Of a DNA stretch of 13,818 nucleotides, positions 7,511-13,818 are shown piece by piece. Location: NCBI GenBank assembly GCA_020353515.1, contig CP070695.1, positions 3,352,218-3,366,035 of the forward strand. The letters are read 5' to 3'. A program made the translations under genes and the position numbers. The notes beneath the pieces are model-generated. The model worked only from the letters and a program-made list of their open reading frames with translations, made no database searches and had not been told where the DNA came from. The DNA comes from Candidatus Heimdallarchaeota archaeon (GTDB lineage: Archaea; Asgardarchaeota; Heimdallarchaeia; Hodarchaeales; Hodarchaeaceae). Within the stretch, counting starts at the first letter, position 1. Every line of letters starts with the position of its first letter.

Positions 7511-8491
7511 TCAAAAGCGATCAGGATAACAAGCACGAACAGTATCTTCAATTGCTTTCTGTAATCCAGATCGATTATATCCTAACTTCTCTGCGGTTTC
7601 ACTTGGATCATAATAGAGTTCTTTTGATTGTATATCTTGAAATAATCGGCCTAGATCAAGACCACCTTCTTTTCCCTCTTTTTCTTCTAATTTCTTCATT
7701 CGTCTCCCATAAAATGTGGCTAGGAATGTAGGAATGGTAATCACTCTTTTCTTCATTCCTAAAGTGTTGAAAATGATATTCAACATTTCTTTCCAAGACA
7801 AATTTGTGTCTCCAATCAAATATCTTTGACCATGTTCCCCTCGTTCAACTGCCCCAACTATCGCTTCTGCTACGTGTTGTACTGCAATCATATTCGTTCC
7901 TCCTTTAGGAAAGAAGACTATCTTCATTTTCAGTATCCGATCAAGTAGTACCTCTTTCCATAATGGGATTCTACCAGGCATTGACCCAAAAATATAAGGA
8001 AGCTCAAGGATTATGACGTCCATTTTCCCTTGACCTGCTCGAATAACTCGTTCTGCTTGTTCAACACGACATTTAATATAAGGATGATTTTCTGCTAACC
8101 TCAATTCAGGCCAAATCCTATCAAAATGGGCAAAATACGAATTTAAAACAACACATCGTTTAATACCGGCGTTTCGTGCAGCATCAACTATCTTTCCACA
8201 AGAATTCACCAATCTCTCATGAAAAAAATTGTAAGCGGGGGCAGGAGGCGTAACACGGTCATCTGGGCCTACCGCGTACACTAGTACATCGTATCCACTT
8301 AATAATTCTTGAAGTACACTTTCCTCCTGTTCAAAGACATTTACATACTTCACCTCCACTTCCTTTGGAAACCAATCTCCTAGTTCTACATCAGGGATTG
8401 AAATTGTATTTACTGAATGACCTTTTTTTCTGAACTCGAGTAGGGAGTGATAACCAAGAAATCCTGTTCCACCAATGATTATTATTTTCAA
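7511..8491 (-). CDS. Extended SDR, NAD-dependent epimerase/dehydratase (dihydroflavonol reductase/HpnA-like fold)
   Basis: N-terminal IIIIGGTGFLG, AARNAGIKRCVVLNS, PYIFG, and VAEAIVGAVERGEHGQRYLIGDTNLSW. The catalytic position reads YIKCR. Confidence 0.9.
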   Translation of the reverse strand: MKIIIIGGTGFLGYHSLLEFRKKGHSVNTISIPDVELGDWFPKEVEVKYVNVFEQEESVLQELLSGYDVLVYAVGPDDRVTPPAPAYNFFHERLVNSCGKIVDAARNAGIKRCVVLNSYFAHFDRIWPELRLAENHPYIKCRVEQAERVIRAGQGKMDVIILELPYIFGSMPGRIPLWKEVLLDRILKMKIVFFPKGGTNMIAVQHVAEAIVGAVERGEHGQRYLIGDTNLSWKEMLNIIFNTLGMKKRVITIPTFLATFYGRRMKKLEEKEGKEGGLDLGRLFQDIQSKELYYDPSETAEKLGYNRSGLQKAIEDTVRACYPDRF

Positions 8492-8670
8492 AGATCCACA
8501 TCCTTCTACGAAAGGTATTACGATAACAGAAGGTGATTACATCAGGAATAAGAATTCTTTTTGAAAAAGTCGACTATTTTGATAATTAAACTGGATTCAT
8601 TGAAATACATTTTGGAAAAAACGAAAAGATGTAGAATCTTTCGACTATCTCGTTTGGATCCGTTTAAGAA

Positions 8671-8931
8671 TCAGTTCGTCCGATTTTTAATAATTTGAAC
8701 AAGAACTGACAATGAAAAAGCTAAAACGATAGCAGCAAGAATTATTCAAATTATTGACCAAAAATAAAGTAAAATAGTCCTTAGACCGATAACAAATATT
8801 TAAATCCTGATGCTTAGCCAGATTGGAGATGGAACCCTTCCAGAATAAATTTTTAATTTCTTTCTGAGACGTTCAACATTCTCCTTTAAAGAAGATGAGC
8901 TAGAATGTGATTCAGTGACTTCATCATTCAT
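8671..8931 (-). pseudogene. Possible decayed small membrane-protein gene, or a 43-aa small ORF at 8800-8931
   Basis: GGTGA-N6-ATG start, then one frame reading MNDEVTESHSSSSSLKENVERLRKKLKIYSGRVPSPIWLSIRI*IFVIGLRTILLYFWSII*IILAAIVLAFSLSVLVQIIKNRTN*. No family recognised. Confidence 0.35.
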
Positions 8932-8999
8932 TGTTTTTCACCAAATTTGCTTAGTTTAGGTAAAAAATGTAGTCAGTATTTTTTGTACTAAATTCTCTG

Positions 9000-9431
9000 C
9001 TATTCTTCTGAAGCTAATTGTTTCCAGTACTTGATCTTACGAGCGTTGGCAGACATCACACCTGTTTCCTTGAAATCCGAAAGATCCACTTCCTCGAACT
9101 GATAGTTCCAAGTTGGGGATGTCAGATTTTGATGAAGTGAAGCTAATTTTTCCTTCTCTAGGCTAGTGTTTGGCCTCAACTGAAGATGTATGGCGTATCC
9201 CTCTGGTTTCACAACTCTTTCCACTTCAGTAAGGGCCTCTTCCATATCACCCAATCCAATGACAGAAATTGAAGGATTTTTGTGGATCAAAAAGTACTGA
9301 ATCTTAGGATAGGCATGAAGGACCGCTGCTATTTCTCTTTGTAGTGAGATACGGGTTAATTTCTCAATTTGAAACGTCTCAAGGAGAACGAGGTCATCAA
9401 TCCCCAAGATCACTTCAGAATTTTCCATCAA
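9000..9431 (-). pseudogene. Class I SAM-dependent methyltransferase-like ORF apparently lacking its central SAM-binding region
   Basis: The C-half GDMEEALTEVERVVKPEGYAIHL matches the methyltransferase post-II/III motif (ALxExxRVLKPGG), but the 143 aa contain no motif I (DxGxGxG). The frame is open throughout. Confidence 0.6.
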
Positions 9432-9471
9432 TTGTCTTCAGTTCTTTCTTCCTCTAATCTTCTAAATGTCA

Positions 9472-11343
9472 TTAAAGCACGATATAAACAATTGCAAGTA
9501 GAGCAGGAATGACCATTGAGACCATGGGTCCATATTTTACAAGTGTTGTGAAAGCAGTGGTCCTTTCTGATTCAGTTAGTCGATTTTTAGTATAATCAAT
9601 ATCAGTATATGTTCCTTCCTTGCAGTATTTGAGGAAGACTTTTCGGACTTTTTCCAGGTGCGTTATTTCTTCTTTCGTCGTCATAACTTCGTATAAAATC
9701 CCTCTGGCTCTTCTAATGACTAAAAAGAAGGATACAAAACTAGAGACTATTAATAAAATGATGGTCGCTGAGGAAAAATCAAACTGAAACTTACGCTGAA
9801 TGGATTCCAGAAAATAGCCAGTAGATGTAGGTGTTCCATTCGTAGAGGTGAATGGATCTTGAAATTCCTCATCGGAAATCATTCCAATATTATGGAATAG
9901 GATCATTAATAATGAAAAAACAAGAAAGGGATTGAAGATTGCTGAGAGATCCATTAAGAACCTAATCAGCGGTTCTAACCAAGTTAAAGAATTAAAAATA
10001 GGGATAAAAAATGATTGTATTGTTCTGATTAATCCTTCAATAAATGCAGTAATTTCGTCTGGAATGAGGGCTAATAAGTCTGGAAAAACAATGTCAAAAA
10101 ACCACGGGAAAGTAATTGGCGCAGTAAAGGCAACCGATAAACTGAGTGTCTGGAAAAATGTCCTTAATAAGAAAAATTGCACTCTTTTCAAAAACGACTT
10201 TTCTTTCACATATAAATTATCACTCTCATCAATAGCTTCCATATCATCCTTTAATGGTTCTTCAACGACTTCTTTCTCCTTGAATGGAGTATGGCTCCAT
10301 TCCAATCCTCGTTTGTAATTTGACATGGGGTTCAAATACGCGAGTTTAGCTAACATCAGTTGCTTTCCTGTGAATGGCTTTGTGAATCCTTTTTCTTCAC
10401 TTAATTTCTTCTCCCAAATTTCGGTATAGGATAACCACGGGGTGGGTACTCGCACAGTAAGATGATTAGGTTTAGTTATAAAGGTCTCAGGTAAGTATCC
10501 CATGATTTCCCCATCCACCTGATAGAGACATTTCTTTTTTGGAGAATCCACATGTATTGTGGCCCCCTCAAACGTGTCAACACTGTCATGTGTGAGATGA
10601 TTGCCCTCATATACTGTAGGAAAAAATCTCACAAGGGTGATTCGACCCATTTTACGTACTGTGGTTGCAGTAAATTTCCCATCTGTTACTTCTGCATCAG
10701 GACAAATATGCATTCCCCCTCCATATCGTTTTCCATTACCTATTGCTACCAACATTCTTTTCCCCTCGATGGTTTCTTTTCCTCCATCTATGCGAATTAA
10801 TAGATCATAAGGCCTAAACTTTACCAGAGTTTGTGCAAGAGCTATTTGATAACTTCTGGTTCCACTAAACCTTTTTGATCCCTTATTTGTCCGATCTGCT
10901 ACTTCTGCATCAAACCCCATGGAGGCTACTCCTGCAAAGTACCGATCTGCTGTTTCACAGTAACCTACATCGAAATTTTTATCTTGACCTTTAACTAAGC
11001 ATTCTACAGCAGCTTCTACATCTCCTTCTGGTATCCCAAAGACAGTAGGAATATCATCTCCCGTTCCAACAGGAATTGCCGCGAAAATTCCTGGTTTTTC
11101 CGCTTTTAAAATGCCATTTAGTACCTCATTTGCGGTTCCATCCCCTCCCACAGAGCAAATAATCTTGTATCCCTCATTAGTTCGGGTTCTTGCGATTTCA
11201 ATCGCATGTTGAGGAGACGAAGTGAATTCAAAATCATATTCCAAATCACATTCGTCCACTAATGGTTTGATTTCATCCCTCCAAATCGTTTCCACGCGTC
11301 CTCCTGCAGCAACAGGATTAATTACTAGAAAAACCTCTTTCAT
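9472..11343 (-). CDS. YegS/BmrU/DgkB-family diacylglycerol/sphingosine-type lipid kinase (aa 1-300) fused to an uncharacterised multi-pass membrane domain
   Basis: Motifs INPVAAGG, GGDGTANE, IPVGTGDD, MGFDAEV, IGNGKRYGGG, YQVDGE and LTVRVP. Residues ~340-623 contain a charged stretch and about four hydrophobic segments. Confidence 0.9.
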   Translation of the reverse strand: MKEVFLVINPVAAGGRVETIWRDEIKPLVDECDLEYDFEFTSSPQHAIEIARTRTNEGYKIICSVGGDGTANEVLNGILKAEKPGIFAAIPVGTGDDIPTVFGIPEGDVEAAVECLVKGQDKNFDVGYCETADRYFAGVASMGFDAEVADRTNKGSKRFSGTRSYQIALAQTLVKFRPYDLLIRIDGGKETIEGKRMLVAIGNGKRYGGGMHICPDAEVTDGKFTATTVRKMGRITLVRFFPTVYEGNHLTHDSVDTFEGATIHVDSPKKKCLYQVDGEIMGYLPETFITKPNHLTVRVPTPWLSYTEIWEKKLSEEKGFTKPFTGKQLMLAKLAYLNPMSNYKRGLEWSHTPFKEKEVVEEPLKDDMEAIDESDNLYVKEKSFLKRVQFFLLRTFFQTLSLSVAFTAPITFPWFFDIVFPDLLALIPDEITAFIEGLIRTIQSFFIPIFNSLTWLEPLIRFLMDLSAIFNPFLVFSLLMILFHNIGMISDEEFQDPFTSTNGTPTSTGYFLESIQRKFQFDFSSATIILLIVSSFVSFFLVIRRARGILYEVMTTKEEITHLEKVRKVFLKYCKEGTYTDIDYTKNRLTESERTTAFTTLVKYGPMVSMVIPALLAIVYIVL

Positions 11344-11378
11344 GATGGTACCCTTAGTGGAATTTCACATTTACCTTA

Positions 11379-11415
11379 CCTTTTTTGAGGTTTTCCTTCA
11401 AAAGGAATAGATTCC
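11379..11415. promoter_or_regulatory. Imperfect inverted repeats in the divergent promoter region
   Basis: CCTTTTTTGAGG-TTTT-CCTTCAAAAGG (11379-11405) overlaps GGAAT-AG-ATTCC (11404-11415), 36-72 nt upstream of the kinase ATG. Confidence 0.3.
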
Positions 11416-11538
11416 GTTATCTTTCACTTTTTTCTTTTGATATGACTGATGTTATCAACCATAATTCAGATGATATTGACCGATTTTCTGCCCGAAATAA
11501 TCCAGATTGGTTATGAATGAAAAAGGAAAATCAACAAA

Positions 11539-12195
11539 ATGAAATTTCACTCCAGAATTTTGAAGGAGGACTTTATTCTAGAAGATAATCTTCATATTAC
11601 TGGTGTAACTACCGCCTTGGGATCTATCCAAGTATTTTCTCTCTTATCCGAAAAAGCACTAACTGTCAATGAAGACCTTGTAACAACCCGAGGATCAATT
11701 AAGGCGAAAAGCTCTTTGAAAATAGGAAATGATTTAATATCCTCTGAAAACATTACTGTAGAGGGAGCATGTGAAATCAAAGGAAATGTACGAGGCAAAA
11801 AAATTTGTTTTAACGGTAAATCGCTAAAAGTGGGCTCAATTGAAGGAAAGAACATTGAGCTGTGGGGAGATATTGCTGTTGAAAAGAATATTAATGCTTC
11901 TGAATCGATCTGGATACCAATTTATCCTAAGAAAAATAGCCCGAGAATTATTGGAGTAGTCAACTCTCCTATCGTCACCATTTCTTTAGTTGGTTTATTT
12001 ACAAAATGGTTTTTACTACCAGGTACTATCTTACATAAACTCAGAATGCAAACCCGAATGAAAAAGGTCTTAATAGTCAAAAACCTCTCAATTCAAGCAA
12101 AGGAGTTAGTTATTCGTTCCAATTATCCACCTGATCGTGTAGATGTACAATTCATCGATTCAAATATTGATGTTTCCACCATAAAATTTATCTAA
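11539..12195 (+). CDS. Bactofilin-like (polymer-forming cytoskeletal, CcmA/YhbE-like) beta-helix protein
   Basis: Recurrent short hxhxGxh units: GSIKAKSSLKIGNDLISSENITVEGACEIKGNVRGKKICFNG-KSLKVGSIEGKNIELWGDIAVEKNINASESIWI, then IIGVVNSPIVTI and LSIQAKELVI. Confidence 0.65.
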   Translation: MKFHSRILKEDFILEDNLHITGVTTALGSIQVFSLLSEKALTVNEDLVTTRGSIKAKSSLKIGNDLISSENITVEGACEIKGNVRGKKICFNGKSLKVGSIEGKNIELWGDIAVEKNINASESIWIPIYPKKNSPRIIGVVNSPIVTISLVGLFTKWFLLPGTILHKLRMQTRMKKVLIVKNLSIQAKELVIRSNYPPDRVDVQFIDSNIDVSTIKFI

Positions 12196-12219
12196 ACTAT
12201 GCTTATTTAATTCGTTCTC

Positions 12220-12699
12220 TCATAATTTCTTTTGAAAGATGAATAATATCCCTCCTCCTTCCACAGTCTCTTCTTCTATCTTTTTAAATCCACATTTTTT
12301 TTCATAAAAATGATGATTACGTTTCGCCCATTCAGGAGTGTCCAATGTCCAAGATTTCGTTTTTGGATAGTTATTTTCAATAAATTTCCAAGCTTTTAAA
12401 CCAATTCCCTTATTTTGATGCGTAGGATCAATAAAAATCCTCCCTAGGCTATTATTTCCATGTCTGAAAATAAAAACAACGAATCCTCCGATAATTTTTT
12501 CATCTAAAATGATTCTAAATACTGTTCCGGTTTCTTTCCTTAGGATGTATGGATAAAAAAACTCTTCAGAGTCATAATCAGGTGGGCCTCCCTTGGGTTC
12601 TCCCAGATGTTTTTGGGTATCGTCATCAAAAGTTCGGGTCATTACTTCAGTGAGAGTAGGAATATCTTCTTCTGTAGCTAATTCAAAGCTCAAGTTCAT
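12220..12699 (-). CDS. GNAT family N-acetyltransferase
   Basis: ATEEDI N-terminus, acetyl-CoA motif A IFIDPTHQNKGIG, motif B NHHFYEKKCGF. GAGG upstream of the ATG. Confidence 0.93.
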   Translation of the reverse strand: MNLSFELATEEDIPTLTEVMTRTFDDDTQKHLGEPKGGPPDYDSEEFFYPYILRKETGTVFRIILDEKIIGGFVVFIFRHGNNSLGRIFIDPTHQNKGIGLKAWKFIENNYPKTKSWTLDTPEWAKRNHHFYEKKCGFKKIEEETVEGGGILFIFQKKL

Positions 12700-12877
12700 T
12701 TACTAGTTCCTCTAAATGTTCACAACTTTTCTTTTGAAGGCCATTCTCTGTGATTGGTGATTGACAAGGTTGTTCAGTCATAAAAGATTCTTTGTTGTTA
12801 TTAAATTTTGTTCCACGACTTTTAGGACTCCATGAACATGTGAACTGGCTTCTAAACATATTCCAACTGATTTGATC

Positions 12878-13818
12878 TTAAATAATAGAAACTTCCAAAC
12901 CAGCTTCCCGAGCTAATATTTCGAAGGTTTGAAGATCATTTTCTTGAAGCTTCAATTTTTTATTTAATGGATATTGACGACCTAATTCTTCATATTTCCC
13001 TCTTCCCCATTCGTGATATTTAAGAAACCGAATTTTTTTGATTCCAAATTCTGTGCACAAATTAACGGTTTTTTTTATGTTTTCTAGATAATCATTAATC
13101 CCTGGAACAATTGGGACAGAAATCGTTATTTTTTCAACATTATTTTGACTTAATTTTTTAAGATTCATGTGAATCTTGTCATTATTTACCCCTGTTATCG
13201 CTTTATGAAATTTTGAATCCATAATCTTCAAGTCAAAAAAGAAAAAATCAATATTTGGTAGAAATTCCACGACTTTTTCCCAATTAAAAAAGCCACAAGT
13301 TTCTATCCCAACAGAAAATCCTATTGCCATAGTCTTCTTTAAAAACTCCCTAATGAAGTCTGTATGGGCTAGTGGTTCACCACCTGAGAGTGTTATCCCA
13401 CCTCCTGAATTCCTGAATAATAATGAATTCTTTTTTACTCTCTCAAATAAATCCAAAATTGTAATAGGGTATCCTACGGTTCTTAAAGCAGTTTCAGGAC
13501 ACACTTCAGTACATATCTTTGATTCACAGCTTGAACAATTCTTTCTGTTAATAAGTGGGAATTCTAAATTGGAAAAATCAATATTGGAATAAGGACAAGC
13601 TTTCTCACATTTTCTACATTTTTTACATTTAATTTCTGAGAAAAAAATTTCTGGTTCAAATAATTGACTTTCGGGGTTCGAACACCAGCGACATCGAAGA
13701 TAGCAACCTTTAAAAAACACTACTGTCCTTATTCCTGGCCCATCATCCACACAATAATCTTGTATATTAAAAATTATTGTTTCTTCATTTTTGACGGATA
13801 ATGGATCTGTTAAATCTG
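12878..13818 (-). CDS. Glycyl-radical enzyme activating protein (radical SAM) with ferredoxin-like insert, 5'-truncated by the window edge
   Basis: DGPGIRTVVFFKGCYLRCRWCSNPES (CxxxCxxC), insert CKKCRKCEKACP...CSSCESKICTEVCP, GGGITLSGGEP, ETCG, DLKIMD and YHEWGRGKY. The frame stays open beyond the track's 13750 start (DLTDPLSVKNEETIIFNIQDYCVDDGPG) and includes the conserved IFNIQ strand, so the true start is off-window. Confidence 0.95.
   Translation of the reverse strand, partial: DLTDPLSVKNEETIIFNIQDYCVDDGPGIRTVVFFKGCYLRCRWCSNPESQLFEPEIFFSEIKCKKCRKCEKACPYSNIDFSNLEFPLINRKNCSSCESKICTEVCPETALRTVGYPITILDLFERVKKNSLLFRNSGGGITLSGGEPLAHTDFIREFLKKTMAIGFSVGIETCGFFNWEKVVEFLPNIDFFFFDLKIMDSKFHKAITGVNNDKIHMNLKKLSQNNVEKITISVPIVPGINDYLENIKKTVNLCTEFGIKKIRFLKYHEWGRGKYEELGRQYPLNKKLKLQENDLQTFEILAREAGLEVSII

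Noticed and set aside
7498-7551. Hydrophobic N-terminal extension MKILFVLVILIAF on the 533-aa SDR that looks like a signal peptide
   Set aside because: It overlaps the upstream gene's 3' end in another frame. The SD-supported GTG at 7497 is the better start.
5921-8509. GTAGAAGGA (5921-5929) and its complement TCCTTCTAC (8501-8509) flanking the SDR pair like terminal inverted repeats
   Set aside because: Only 9 bp, with no target-site duplication or transposase. The right copy overlaps the purine-rich SD region, and the match is plausible by chance.
9932-11410. Plus-strand ORFs 9932-10318, 10552-10800, 10601-10810 and 11222-11410
   Set aside because: Antisense shadows of the lipid kinase fusion gene.
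11592-13592. ORFs 11592-11855 (-) and 13353-13592 (+)
   Set aside because: Antisense to the bactofilin-like and activase genes.
1-13818. CRISPR array, tRNA/rRNA, IS element or selenocysteine recoding
   Set aside because: No regularly spaced repeats, cloverleaf, transposase motifs, or in-frame TGA at a catalytic Cys position were found by eye. Infernal/tRNAscan were not run.

Overview
AT-rich prokaryotic window, probably archaeal and possibly Asgard/Heimdallarchaeia-like. That taxonomy is inferred only from GAGG/GGTGA-type SD motifs, TTG/GTG starts and a PGF-like C-terminal anchor, not from a marker gene. Left to right: the 3' end of an ArsB/NhaD/SLC13-type permease; a ~900 bp stretch holding unannotated gene remnants, including the unmistakable C-terminus of a FtsX/MacB ABC permease; three uncharacterised membrane proteins; a seven-bladed SBBP beta-propeller surface protein with both a lipobox-like N-terminus and a C-terminal anchor; a minus-strand run of a YegS/DgkB-type lipid kinase fused to a multi-pass membrane domain, an apparently internally deleted methyltransferase and two coupled extended SDRs (one with YxxxR, one with a C-terminal zinc ribbon); a bactofilin-like beta-helix protein; a GNAT acetyltransferase; and a glycyl-radical-enzyme activase running off the right edge. 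No rRNA, tRNA, CRISPR array or transposase was recognised. The best candidate for an undescribed system is the lipid-kinase fusion plus SDR pair, which is speculative.
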